Shown here in pieces: positions 1 through 9,143 of a stretch of DNA of 32,000 nt. Under the pieces are notes generated by a model. The model was not told the origin of the DNA and ran no database searches. It saw only the letters and a program-made list of their open reading frames with translations. Source of the DNA: Candidatus Saganbacteria bacterium (GTDB lineage Bacteria; Margulisbacteria; WOR-1; JAKLHX01); NCBI GenBank assembly GCA_026387835.1, contig JAPLKZ010000005.1, positions 60,001 through 92,000 of the forward strand, read 5' to 3'. The translations under genes and the position numbers were made by a program. How positions within the stretch are numbered: position 1 is the stretch's first letter; each line of letters begins with the position of its first letter.

Positions 1-566
1 TTATATCATTATTGCTTTTATGCCTGATCTGTCCTTCCGCTATCGCTGAGGGTAAAAGTCTTTCTTTCGGGATCGGTATCCCGCATTTCGTAAGCGGCTA
101 TTATCTTATGAAAGCCGGCAGGGGCCTTGAGCTGGGATACGGCGCAGGAGGTCTTTATATCCCGCCGATGAAACAGGCCTGCGGCGCGGATGTCATGATA
201 AACGGGCTGAACATAGAAGCGATGCTGAGGAAATATATCATCAGTGATCTCTTTGCCGGTGCCAGGGTGGGATATCAGATATTTACGGCGCATTCTATAC
301 AGGAGGTCAATCCGCCTTTCTATGATTCGACCATCGGCCTGCGGGGCTTCTATCTGACGCCGTCGATCGGATACAATTTCAGGCTGAAAGGCTTCTCGAT
401 CATACCCGAGGTCGGGGTCCAGATACCTCTGGCATTTGAAAAATATGAAACAAAGGTAGGGCCCGGAGACCTGGAACCTTCGGTGAAGCAGGTTGTTAAT
501 GACAACATCAACAGAATGAATGCGGCCATGCCTTTTATCCAGATAAATTTCGGTTTTGCTTTTTAA
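1..566 (+). CDS. outer membrane beta-barrel-like protein, 5' truncated by window edge
   Basis: Frame is open to base 1; hydrophobic signal-like segment (LLLCLICPSAIA) then alternating Gly/aromatic-rich strands ending ..QINFGFAF with terminal Phe. Confidence 0.7.
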   Translation, partial: ISLLLLCLICPSAIAEGKSLSFGIGIPHFVSGYYLMKAGRGLELGYGAGGLYIPPMKQACGADVMINGLNIEAMLRKYIISDLFAGARVGYQIFTAHSIQEVNPPFYDSTIGLRGFYLTPSIGYNFRLKGFSIIPEVGVQIPLAFEKYETKVGPGDLEPSVKQVVNDNINRMNAAMPFIQINFGFAF

Positions 567-758
567 GGCGATAAAGTCTTAAAATTAATCCAAGCAAATA
601 CCCTGTTGATTTCTAAGACAGCCCGTGTTATCATATAGAAGTCGGGATTAATGATTGAGAATTAAAAAGGTCTCTGCTTCTTTTTGTGAGTGTCACCACG
701 CAAACTGGTCCACTAAATCATTATTCAGCAGAAAAATCTAACAAAGGAGTTTTTATAC

Positions 759-1055
759 ATGAAAAGCATATTCGTAGGTAACCTTCCCTGGTCAGCCACG
801 GACGCGGAAATGACGGAAAAATTTTCCCAGTTCGGCAACGTGATATCGGCCAGAATAGTGAACGATAAGTTCACCGGAAAGTCGCGCGGATTTGGTTTTG
901 TTGATATGGAAGACGCGGATGCCGCAAAAGCTATAGCCGGGATGACCGGTTACAAGTGGGGCGACCGTGAACTGACAGTCAATGAAGGCAGACCCAAGAC
1001 CGACCGCCCGAGAGACGGCGGCGGCGGCGAAAGACGTTCATTCAACAGATATTAA
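759..1055 (+). CDS. RNA-binding protein with one RRM domain (glycine/arginine-rich tail)
   Basis: RNP2-like SIFVGNLPWSAT and RNP1-like KSRGFGFVDM motifs, tail RDGGGGERRSFNRY; RBS-like aaaggag upstream. Confidence 0.92.
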   Translation: MKSIFVGNLPWSATDAEMTEKFSQFGNVISARIVNDKFTGKSRGFGFVDMEDADAAKAIAGMTGYKWGDRELTVNEGRPKTDRPRDGGGGERRSFNRY

Positions 1056-1078
1056 TTTTAGTATCTTAGATTGATCCA

Positions 1079-1107
1079 GACCCCTGCTTCGGCAGGGGTC
1101 TTTTTTT
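1079..1107 (+). terminator. rho-independent terminator after RRM gene
   Basis: gacccctgc-ttcg-gcaggggtc followed by ttttttt; perfect 9-bp stem. Confidence 0.95.
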
Positions 1108-1128
1108 ATCAGATGCAGCGAAAACCTC

Positions 1129-1156
1129 TTGACAAGAATTAATATAGTGGTATATT
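1129..1156 (+). promoter_or_regulatory. sigma70-like promoter for the Cys-rich lipoprotein
   Basis: ttgaca (1129-1134), 16-nt spacer, tatatt (1151-1156), 23 nt before the start codon. Confidence 0.65.
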
Positions 1157-1178
1157 AATAATCACAAAGGAAATATAT

Positions 1179-2366
1179 ATGAAAACAAAAAAAGGTCTAT
1201 ATGTATTTTTTGCTTTCCTCCTGATCGCTCAACTCGGCATTTTTATTTACGGCTGCGGACAGACAAAACAATCATCGGGACCCACAGGCTCAATGTCCAG
1301 CACAAGCGCACTTTCTGTTGTGGTCAAAGACGCAGCTACCGGTTCGATAGTGCCGATGAGCTCAGTCTTTGTCAGCAAATCAAGTGTCACTCCGAGCTCG
1401 CGATTGCATACATCCTCGTCCAGTGACTGGGTAGAGGTCAAGGCCACCGACATGGGCATTGCGGACGTGTCTGACCTGAAAACCGACGCTTCAACGATGC
1501 TCAAAGTGGTAAAGGACGGCTATAAAGAATACGACAAGGTGGTGGATGCTGGGAAATCCATTACAGGCTATACAATTGAAATAGTAAAGACAACAGAGGC
1601 CACGGCAACACCTAAAGACACGGCATTCGATCCGACTTCGTCCGGGGGTTCTTCTACTTTGTATGCCTGCTCCAGCGTTTCCACATGCATGAGCTGCGGA
1701 TGTAATCCTGATTCGTCCATCGCTTGCGGAGGCGCGTGCGGCTGCACTGACAGTTCAACAAGCTGTAAAGGCGGAAAATGCAAAACAAGCGCTGCCGGAG
1801 GGGCAGGGACTTCAAGCTTCGGAAAATGTACGGATGCAGGATGTCCCACGGGATGTAAAAATTGCGGGGCTTGCGCCTGCACTTCCGCAGGAGGCTGCGG
1901 AGGATCTTCAAATTGCCCTATTAAAACATATACCGGAGGCGGAGGCAGCAGTGAATCCAGCGGAGCCTGTGCCGACAGTTTCTGCCCGACAGGATGCAAG
2001 GGCTGCGGTTCTTGCGTATGCACTTCAGCCGGCGGTTGCGGAGGATCTTCCTTCTGTACAGGCGGCTCAAAAGCGCCTGATTTCAGCAGCGGAGGCGGTG
2101 GCTGCACTGATGCCGGATGCCCTCCTGGATGCCGCGCTTGCGGATCCTGTGTTTGCACGACCGCTGGTAACTGCGGCGGATCAAGCAATTGCACATCAGG
2201 CGGCGGTAGTGGCGGTGGTGGCGGTGGTGGTGGCGGAATAGGTTGTTATGGTTCAGGATGCCCTGCTTCGTGCGCTACTTCACCATGCGGAGCTTGCAGT
2301 TGCACAACAAGTATCGGCGCTCCATGTTCCTCAAAAGGCGGAAGTTCTTATTGCACGGGAAGATAA
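1179..2366 (+). CDS. Cys/Gly-rich repeat lipoprotein
   Basis: Lipobox-like signal (..LIAQLGIFIYGC), N-terminal possible regulatory-like beta domain, then four imperfect Cys-rich units such as CTDAGCPTGCKNCGACACTSAGGCGGSSNC and a polyglycine linker. Confidence 0.85.
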   Translation: MKTKKGLYVFFAFLLIAQLGIFIYGCGQTKQSSGPTGSMSSTSALSVVVKDAATGSIVPMSSVFVSKSSVTPSSRLHTSSSSDWVEVKATDMGIADVSDLKTDASTMLKVVKDGYKEYDKVVDAGKSITGYTIEIVKTTEATATPKDTAFDPTSSGGSSTLYACSSVSTCMSCGCNPDSSIACGGACGCTDSSTSCKGGKCKTSAAGGAGTSSFGKCTDAGCPTGCKNCGACACTSAGGCGGSSNCPIKTYTGGGGSSESSGACADSFCPTGCKGCGSCVCTSAGGCGGSSFCTGGSKAPDFSSGGGGCTDAGCPPGCRACGSCVCTTAGNCGGSSNCTSGGGSGGGGGGGGGIGCYGSGCPASCATSPCGACSCTTSIGAPCSSKGGSSYCTGR

Positions 2367-2383
2367 TTCAACTTAATAACTTT

Positions 2384-2417
2384 AAAAAGGCGGATTTGAT
2401 TTTTCCGCCTTTTTTAT
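2384..2417 (+). terminator. rho-independent terminator
   Basis: aaaaaggcgga ... tccgccttttt stem followed by a T-rich tract. Confidence 0.85.
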
Positions 2418-2445
2418 TTAAGATAATATAAGAAGGAGAAATAAT

Positions 2446-2637
2446 ATGAATAAAAACAGGATATTTTCTTTGATCTATATATTAATAGGCCTTTTAGTCA
2501 TCATTGTACCGTCATATATACTTCCCGTCTGCAACAATCCTATGATGTGCTGCAGAGCGCATACATTGCCGGTTTTGGTACTTTTGGGAGTGATCCTCAT
2601 AATACTTTCAGGAATGGAGTTCTTTCTGGATAAATGA
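2446..2637 (+). CDS. DUF4418-like small membrane protein
   Basis: Two TM segments flanking PVCNNPMMCCRAHTLP; sits directly before an FtsX-like permease and its ATPase. Confidence 0.65.
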   Translation: MNKNRIFSLIYILIGLLVIIVPSYILPVCNNPMMCCRAHTLPVLVLLGVILIILSGMEFFLDK

Positions 2638-3812
2638 ACCTATTCTGGCTGGCTTATAAGAACTTTAAACGCAACAAATTCTGGACCGTGATCACAATTG
2701 TGATCGCGGCTGTTGCTATCGCTTCGATCTTTGCTTCTTTTACAATAGTTAACTGCATAAACTACAGCCTCGAGACGGGAAGGGAAAGGCTGGGAGCGGA
2801 CCTCGTAGTATTTCCTTCCGGTGAAGAAAATGCGATGATCAGTGCTTTTCAGACAGGAACTCCGGCGCTTTTTTATATGAAAAAAGACCTTACTGAAAAG
2901 ATCAAAAAGATCGATGGAGTGGATAAAGTCACTCCTGAACTTTTCCTGATGACGCTGTCAAAAAGCTGCTGCAGTCTCGGTATCCCCTTCAGGCTTATAG
3001 GATTTGATGCCTCGACAGATTTCGTGATAACCCCTTGGCTTCAAAAGAACAGGATAAACTCGCTTAAAGCAGATGAGGTGATAATCGGCGCTGATATCCC
3101 GTCAATGAAAGGTGAAAAAATTAAGATACTCGGAAGCGAGTTCAGAGTTGCCGGCGTCCTTGAAAGGACCGGCATCGGAGCGGATAAGTCCATCTATTTA
3201 CCGCTTGATTCAGCCAGGCAGCTCGCAATGCACAGCCTTATGATAAAGTACAGGCCTGATGAAATTTCCTCCGTCCTTGTAAAGGTCAGCAGCGGGACCG
3301 ATATAAGCGTGTGTGCAGAAAATATCAAGAAAGCGATCCCTCAGGTCGCCGTGATGGGAAGCTCGCAGTTCAACAGGGGCATAAAGGTCATATTTGACAG
3401 GATGGTAATAATGGCCGTCCTGATATTCATAGTGGTGATGGTACTCAGCTCGGTCAGCATAACAGGCGTCTTCTACGCGATGTCAAAAGCCAGGGGGCCG
3501 GAGATCGGCATACTGAGAAGCCTCGGCGCAACAAGAAGAGACATATTTTCCCTTGTCCTTATCGAATCAGTGTTTTCCACCGTCATCGGCGGTATCATCG
3601 GAGTCTTAGTATCTGCATTCTTGATCTATGACTTTAATCTCTTCCTCTCAAAACACCTGCCTTTTCCTTTTATACTGTCTTTTGGAGGGGTTGTTGAGAT
3701 GGGTGCCGTTTGTATCCTGATATCGGCCGTGCTCGGGCTTTTAGGCGCGCTTTATCCCGCGGCTAAAAGCTCAAAAATAGATCCTTTTGACGCGATCAGG
3801 CAGGGCAGTTAA
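2634..3812 (+). CDS. ABC transporter permease (FtsX/MacB type)
   Basis: N-terminal TM, large periplasmic domain, three C-terminal TMs with ..SLGATRRDIFSLVLIES..; 4-nt overlap with upstream ORF. Confidence 0.9.
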   Translation: MNLFWLAYKNFKRNKFWTVITIVIAAVAIASIFASFTIVNCINYSLETGRERLGADLVVFPSGEENAMISAFQTGTPALFYMKKDLTEKIKKIDGVDKVTPELFLMTLSKSCCSLGIPFRLIGFDASTDFVITPWLQKNRINSLKADEVIIGADIPSMKGEKIKILGSEFRVAGVLERTGIGADKSIYLPLDSARQLAMHSLMIKYRPDEISSVLVKVSSGTDISVCAENIKKAIPQVAVMGSSQFNRGIKVIFDRMVIMAVLIFIVVMVLSSVSITGVFYAMSKARGPEIGILRSLGATRRDIFSLVLIESVFSTVIGGIIGVLVSAFLIYDFNLFLSKHLPFPFILSFGGVVEMGAVCILISAVLGLLGALYPAAKSSKIDPFDAIRQGS

Positions 3813-3813
3813 G

Positions 3814-4479
3814 ATGATAGAACTTAAAAAAGCGACAAAATTATATAATGACGCAGGCAGCCTTATTTTTGCTGTGAACGAGATAGATCTTTCGATAAAA
3901 AAAGGCGACCTGATCTCGATAGCCGGTCCCTCGGGCTCAGGCAAGACCACTCTTTTGTCCCTGATCGGCTGTCTCACGAAACCTTCTTCAGGACATATTA
4001 TGATAGACGGAAGCGATGTCGCAAGCCTTGACGATGAAGCTCTTTCCGCTTTAAGGTCGGAAAAGATCGGTTTCGTCTTCCAGCAGGCTCACGTTATACC
4101 CACGATGACAGTACTTGAAAATGTCCTTCTTCCTCTTGTTTTCTCAAGAGAAAAAGATATTGAAAAAAAGAAAGAAAGGGCAGTAAAACTTCTGAGAGAC
4201 GTCGGACTCGACAGCCGCATAAACAGCCTCCCTAAAAACATGAGCGGAGGCCAGGTTAAACGCATTTCCATCGCAAGGGCTTTGATAAATTGCCCGGAGA
4301 TACTTCTCGCTGACGAGCCGACAGGAGACCTTGACCAGGCAAGCAGCAGGGAGATAATGGAAATACTTAAAAGAATGAACAGGGATGAAAACCTGACAGT
4401 GCTTCTGGTAACGCATAACCAGGAACTGGCGCAGGAAGCCCATATTAAGCTGAAGATGCGGGACGGAAAACTTGTATGA
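3814..4479 (+). CDS. ABC transporter ATP-binding protein (LolD/MacB-like)
   Basis: Walker A GPSGSGKTT, signature MSGGQVKR, Walker B ILLADEPTGDLD. Start chosen at ATG 3814, just after the permease stop. Confidence 0.95.
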   Translation: MIELKKATKLYNDAGSLIFAVNEIDLSIKKGDLISIAGPSGSGKTTLLSLIGCLTKPSSGHIMIDGSDVASLDDEALSALRSEKIGFVFQQAHVIPTMTVLENVLLPLVFSREKDIEKKKERAVKLLRDVGLDSRINSLPKNMSGGQVKRISIARALINCPEILLADEPTGDLDQASSREIMEILKRMNRDENLTVLLVTHNQELAQEAHIKLKMRDGKLV

Positions 4480-4895
4480 TCGTATGCAAAAGGATATTCT
4501 ATTTCCTTTTATGCATGATCCTTTTTCAAACAATTTCTTTTGCTAAAGAGATGATCGCATCCTATGAAGGCACTTCCCCGGGAGCTGATTGCAGCGCTCT
4601 TAAAACGACGATCGTCCTGTACAAAGGCTGCTGCGGAGCTATGGGGACTTATGATATGACTGACATATATATTGCTACGAAAGACGGGGATAAAACGTTC
4701 ACTTCAAAAGGGAAATGGCAGTATATTAAAGGAACAAAAAAGGACAAAGAAGCTATAGTGCTTCAGCTAAACTATGACAAACCAGATAAAATAAATAATT
4801 ATCTTGTTGTTGAGGGAAAATATATTAAACCGATCAATAAAGACCTGAACGAAATAAGCTGTCCTTATGGTCTGACGATGAAAAAGAAAAAATAA
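4476..4895 (+). CDS. secreted protein resembling the NlpE N-terminal (copper resistance) domain
   Basis: Signal peptide; ASYEGTSPGADCSALKTTIVLY..TYDMTDIYI..FTSKGKWQY..IVLQLNY layout; 4-nt overlap with ATPase. Confidence 0.55.
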   Translation: MIVCKRIFYFLLCMILFQTISFAKEMIASYEGTSPGADCSALKTTIVLYKGCCGAMGTYDMTDIYIATKDGDKTFTSKGKWQYIKGTKKDKEAIVLQLNYDKPDKINNYLVVEGKYIKPINKDLNEISCPYGLTMKKKK

Positions 4896-4908
4896 AAAGA
4901 GATATTTC

Positions 4909-4937
4909 TTGACATATTCATCCGGTCAATTTACAAT
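4909..4937 (+). promoter_or_regulatory. sigma70-like promoter
   Basis: ttgaca (4909-4914), 17-nt spacer, tacaat (4932-4937), followed by RBS ggaggt. Confidence 0.8.
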
Positions 4938-4960
4938 TCTTATATCAGGGAGGTAACAAT

Positions 4961-5611
4961 ATGAAACGTTTGTTGTTTGGCTTGCTGGTTTGTCTGATCC
5001 TTGTTGCTGCAGCTTCGGCAGAGATAATGATGACCGCGTGCCCGCTAGGTCAGGGAAAATGGAACGTGATGCTTGGTTCCATGGTGGACCAGAACTATTT
5101 CAACATGGGAAGCACGGATGTCATGTGGATGGACGCGGTAGGGTACGGGATAAATGACAGGCTGGACCTGTATGGGTCGATCGGTCTGGGTTATTCACAA
5201 AAAGCCACAGACCAGGCCAGGACCATGAACAGTATGACGATGTCGTCGATCGGCGTGGCAGCAAAATACACATTACTGAGCGAAGACCTGAAAATGCCCT
5301 TGTCATTGGCAGTGAACGCGGGGATCCGTACCTGCAACATGTCGATGGCCACCATGACAAACACACAATACAATACCGGCCTTGTAGCCAGCAAGATGAT
5401 AAAGCAATTCACCCCTTATGCAGGTGTGAATTACAGGACAACAAAACAGGCCTATGGCGATTATACGCAAATGGATTATACGATCGGAATGGGTATAGGG
5501 CCTATGGAAAGAATGTTCATGATAGAAGATACCCTTCAATATATAAACTTTGGAAGTTCTGCTTGGCAAAGCAACCAGATATCCGCGGGGTTCTGCTTTA
5601 ACCTGAATTGA
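4961..5611 (+). CDS. Met-rich outer membrane beta-barrel-like protein
   Basis: Signal peptide, amphipathic strands, C-terminal ..ISAGFCFNLN; 21 methionines in 216 residues. Confidence 0.65.
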   Translation: MKRLLFGLLVCLILVAAASAEIMMTACPLGQGKWNVMLGSMVDQNYFNMGSTDVMWMDAVGYGINDRLDLYGSIGLGYSQKATDQARTMNSMTMSSIGVAAKYTLLSEDLKMPLSLAVNAGIRTCNMSMATMTNTQYNTGLVASKMIKQFTPYAGVNYRTTKQAYGDYTQMDYTIGMGIGPMERMFMIEDTLQYINFGSSAWQSNQISAGFCFNLN

Positions 5612-5650
5612 TCTGATATCGATCAAGGGTTGGTTACTTATACCGGCCGA

Positions 5651-8119
5651 TCATTTGGCAAGAAGAGAAGACAGTTCTGTTAACTTCTCTAGAATCTCTC
5701 TGCGGACCCGGTCGGCAATAGTACGGTCCTTCGCAGTGTCCCATCGCGATAGAGAGACATCGGTTATTGGCGCGGTAACCCGGTCGGCTGCAGTGTCCAG
5801 AAGCACCCGGGCCGATGTTACTGCTTGATCCTCCACATCCTGCTTTTCAAGCTGTTCAACGCGGTCGCGAAGCATGCAAAGATATTCATAGTCTTCAACT
5901 CCCTCCCGGATAGCTTCCATCTGCTTGCTCGGTGTTACAGACTTGGAGTCTATAAATAAAGGAGAGTAGACCGGCGCGCCGTTGCCGAGATATTCGTTCT
6001 TCCATGAAGGGACCTCGGAAGCATCACTGAAAGACCAAAAAGATGAACCCTCGGCCTTATATTTCCACGCGAACCATTCCTGCAAACGATAATAAATGTA
6101 TGGGTCGAGCAGCCGGCTCGGGCCAAAGGTACTATAGAACCAAAGCTTGTGGCCTGCGTCGCGCTGCTTGATATAGAAATCGTCAAAATTCGGATCATGG
6201 CTGATCCAGACGGATAAATGCGGACTGAGCACCCGGCTCAAAGTAAACAAGTCAGGGGTCCCTTTCGATGGATCTGACCAGGAGGGATCCTCCCAAATAA
6301 TTACTTCTGGCTGGGCGGCAAGGATGATATTTGCGTACTCGATAATGATCCGGTCCTGTTCCGGCGTGCGGGGTTCATCCACAAGCAGAAGGCCAAGCCG
6401 GTTCGGCTTGATATCCCATTGCTCGAGCTGGCTGCACCACCAGTTGATCCAATCGGTCACGGCTTGCTGAAAAGCCGGCGTTCCTATCTGAAAACCAGCA
6501 AAACTTTCCTTGACATTGACAAAAACAAGATAATTACGCGCATTGGGCCAGAGCTGCAGCCAGGTATAGAACGCGAGCGGGTCCGGAGACTGGATCATGT
6601 GTCCGTTCGCGTCGAATTTGCCTGTAGGCAGCACCTTTAAAGTCCCCCAGGGTGAATCAACGAAGTGCTCACAGAGTTGTTGGACCAGCGCGCCGCGGTT
6701 CAGCGGGGTGACCGCATAAATGCGCTCGCGGTCCGTGTAATCCCAGCCGCTCACGTGCAACGCCGGCTGATCGGGGAATCTGAGAGGATAAATTTTCAAG
6801 CGGACGGGTATTGGCTTGCAACTTACGGCGTCACTGCCCAGAATGAGCCGGCCGTTATATTCCCCTGCTTTGACATTCTTTGGATGAAAGTTCAACCACA
6901 CTTGACAGGTAAGACCGGCTGGGATCTTTATTGCATAAATTCCTTTTTGATGTTGGATCAATGGCAATGCCGCCGCAACAGGCACACCAGGCTGGGTATC
7001 GGTGAACAACACCTCGTGAAATTCCACATAGGAAGGATCAGTACCTCCCGGCAAGCCTTTCAGGGTCAATGTAACTTTTGCATCGGTGTTTCCCGCATTA
7101 CTGAGATTGAAAACTTCGCCGCGGTATTCGTTGTTCATCATAGCCATGTTTATCGATGCATTGCCCCGGACCGGCGTGGTGATCGGGTTAAGCATGTCCC
7201 AGCGGTTGGTCTGCCAGCAGACGGTCCGGCGCAGGCCTTGTGCGCGCCAGATACCCGCCTGCACCGCGAAGATACTCCGATGAAGATCGTTTATCGGGAA
7301 GATCGTGCTGAAGGTATCCGGCAGATCGATCGTTGCGGCCGGGATCTTCTTTGCAATGGCCTTGAGCTTATTATTCAGCGGTCCGGAAACGTGATCAGGA
7401 AATCCGCCCGAATTCAATTCCCGGGTCACTGCGGCCAGGTCGTTTGCAAGTCTAAGCCTTAGAAAAGCGGCAGTCCGCATTTTGGTAAAGAAAGCCGGCA
7501 GATCAGCGATCTTCGGACCTGTAAAGGGCTTCATCAAATACGCGTCCGGGCCTTTATAGACCCCGATCTCATCCGCATAAGTATAAGCGCCCCTGGGTGC
7601 GACCACAAATTTTACGTATCGCCCGTGAGTTTTAAAACCCATGCTCTGAAAGCGATAAACGGCGGGACCTGAAACAGTAGGAGCGGTGGTTTTTCCGCTC
7701 AGAGCGACCAGGTCGCCCTCATAATGCCAGATATTTCCGTCATCGCTCACAAGAATAAAAATAGCGCCCGGGAACAAGATGCCGGTAGTATACATATTAG
7801 TATTGATAGCCGCATTGTAGGAAAATCCTGCGATCGGCTGGGTTTCCCCCAGATCGACGGTCATCACTACCGGTGAAGTGTTTTTCCAGCCAACGGCCCC
7901 CTTTAGGGACCAGGGCTTGCCCTTGACATATTGCCCGTCTGTTAAACTCGTGAGATCGCTCGCATCATTGCGAGCAGGGAAGTTCGGTCCCGGCTCCAAT
8001 TGATACTTCTTTCCCAAGGCGAGATCGAGCGCCGAGTCAGGGGATAATACGGAAATTGCGGCCCATACAGCTATCGAAAACAACAGCAGAAAAGATATGA
8101 TAATTATTCGCTGAAACAC
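5651..8119 (-). CDS. exported DUF4091-like (glycoside hydrolase-like) protein with discoidin-like N-terminal domain
   Basis: Signal peptide; DLGETQPIAGFSYN..GRYVKFVV discoidin-like pattern; LLLVDEPRTPEQDRIIIEYA and C-terminal ..REGVEDYEYLCMLRD typical of DUF4091 proteins. Confidence 0.82.
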   Translation of the reverse strand: MFQRIIIISFLLLFSIAVWAAISVLSPDSALDLALGKKYQLEPGPNFPARNDASDLTSLTDGQYVKGKPWSLKGAVGWKNTSPVVMTVDLGETQPIAGFSYNAAINTNMYTTGILFPGAIFILVSDDGNIWHYEGDLVALSGKTTAPTVSGPAVYRFQSMGFKTHGRYVKFVVAPRGAYTYADEIGVYKGPDAYLMKPFTGPKIADLPAFFTKMRTAAFLRLRLANDLAAVTRELNSGGFPDHVSGPLNNKLKAIAKKIPAATIDLPDTFSTIFPINDLHRSIFAVQAGIWRAQGLRRTVCWQTNRWDMLNPITTPVRGNASINMAMMNNEYRGEVFNLSNAGNTDAKVTLTLKGLPGGTDPSYVEFHEVLFTDTQPGVPVAAALPLIQHQKGIYAIKIPAGLTCQVWLNFHPKNVKAGEYNGRLILGSDAVSCKPIPVRLKIYPLRFPDQPALHVSGWDYTDRERIYAVTPLNRGALVQQLCEHFVDSPWGTLKVLPTGKFDANGHMIQSPDPLAFYTWLQLWPNARNYLVFVNVKESFAGFQIGTPAFQQAVTDWINWWCSQLEQWDIKPNRLGLLLVDEPRTPEQDRIIIEYANIILAAQPEVIIWEDPSWSDPSKGTPDLFTLSRVLSPHLSVWISHDPNFDDFYIKQRDAGHKLWFYSTFGPSRLLDPYIYYRLQEWFAWKYKAEGSSFWSFSDASEVPSWKNEYLGNGAPVYSPLFIDSKSVTPSKQMEAIREGVEDYEYLCMLRDRVEQLEKQDVEDQAVTSARVLLDTAADRVTAPITDVSLSRWDTAKDRTIADRVRREILEKLTELSSLLAK

Positions 8120-8154
8120 TACCAGTTCTCCATCTTAGCCTGCATTGTATGAAT

Positions 8155-9141
8155 TTACTTCTTTTCGAACGGGTGAATGATCTTCCAATCGTCCTTCATG
8201 CTCACAACCGTCCAGCCTTTGGACAGGGCCTGGTCAAGACCTTTGTCGAAGGGATCGCTGCACTTGCGGTCATAAGCCCACTCGCGCTTCGCATCGGTAT
8301 GATGTACATAAAGACAAAAATGGGGGCCGCTGCCAGCTGCTGTCCATTGCATCATCGGAAGGTCGTTATCGGAATTACCGAATGATGCGATCGGGTGTTT
8401 GCCGATTTGGGATTGGATACCGACGGGTTTGCCGTTTCCGGCGGAGATAAAATTCACTGCCGGCAGACCAACGATCACCGGTTTTCCGCTGCGAAGCTCA
8501 AACTTCGTCTTTATGCTGCTTCCTATGACTTGTTCGGGTACAACACCATAGGTCTTTTCCGACCACGGACGCATAAAATCGGTACTGCCACCGGAGACAA
8601 TGTAAGTTTTGAATCCGTTCGCGCGCATGTAGGCGAGCACCTCAAGCATTGGCTGAAAAATCATCTCTGTATATAGCCGCTTGGTCTTAGGATGCTTCGC
8701 GGTGGCGATCCAGTCAGTCACGAGTTTTTCATATTCATCCGTGGTTATCCCCGACTGAGTGGTTATCATCATTTCCGCAAGCGCGTTGTTTATGCCGCCG
8801 GCCATCGCGGAGTTCATGTCACCTTTGAGAATAGAAGCAAAAGGCTCCTTGCTTTTCCACTCCGGATGCTTTGGCGCAAGGGCTTTGATGCGGGATAAGA
8901 TAAAGTAGACCTGGGAAGCCTGCGGCTGCTCCGTCCAAAGCGTGCCGTCATTGTCAAAGGTGGCGATGCGTTTATTAACCGGCACAAAATCCCGCGAGCC
9001 GGGTTTTGTCACCTTCCCGACAAAGGCGATGATAGCTTTCTTCGGTGCGGTGTTGTTCCAGGATGGCAGGGGATCTACAACAGCTAAGGCTGCGTTTGCA
9101 AGCAGCAGAACGAGAAGACTTTTTGCAAATAAACTTTTCAC
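8155..9141 (-). CDS. exported HAD-superfamily phosphatase
   Basis: HAD motif I-like RIATFDNDGTLW, motif II-like TYIVSGGSTDF, late FGNSDNDLPMM; N-terminal signal peptide MKSLFAKSLLVLLLANAALA. Confidence 0.88.
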   Translation of the reverse strand: MKSLFAKSLLVLLLANAALAVVDPLPSWNNTAPKKAIIAFVGKVTKPGSRDFVPVNKRIATFDNDGTLWTEQPQASQVYFILSRIKALAPKHPEWKSKEPFASILKGDMNSAMAGGINNALAEMMITTQSGITTDEYEKLVTDWIATAKHPKTKRLYTEMIFQPMLEVLAYMRANGFKTYIVSGGSTDFMRPWSEKTYGVVPEQVIGSSIKTKFELRSGKPVIVGLPAVNFISAGNGKPVGIQSQIGKHPIASFGNSDNDLPMMQWTAAGSGPHFCLYVHHTDAKREWAYDRKCSDPFDKGLDQALSKGWTVVSMKDDWKIIHPFEKK

Positions 9142-9143
9142 AA

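Noticed and set aside
1568-2194. 208-aa reverse ORF rich in Pro/Gln/His
   Set aside because: Antisense mirror of the Gly/Cys repeat region; the forward frame has lipobox, promoter and terminator.
6665-7462. 265-aa forward ORF inside the DUF4091 gene
   Set aside because: Antisense to a clearly assigned long CDS; no domain logic or RBS.
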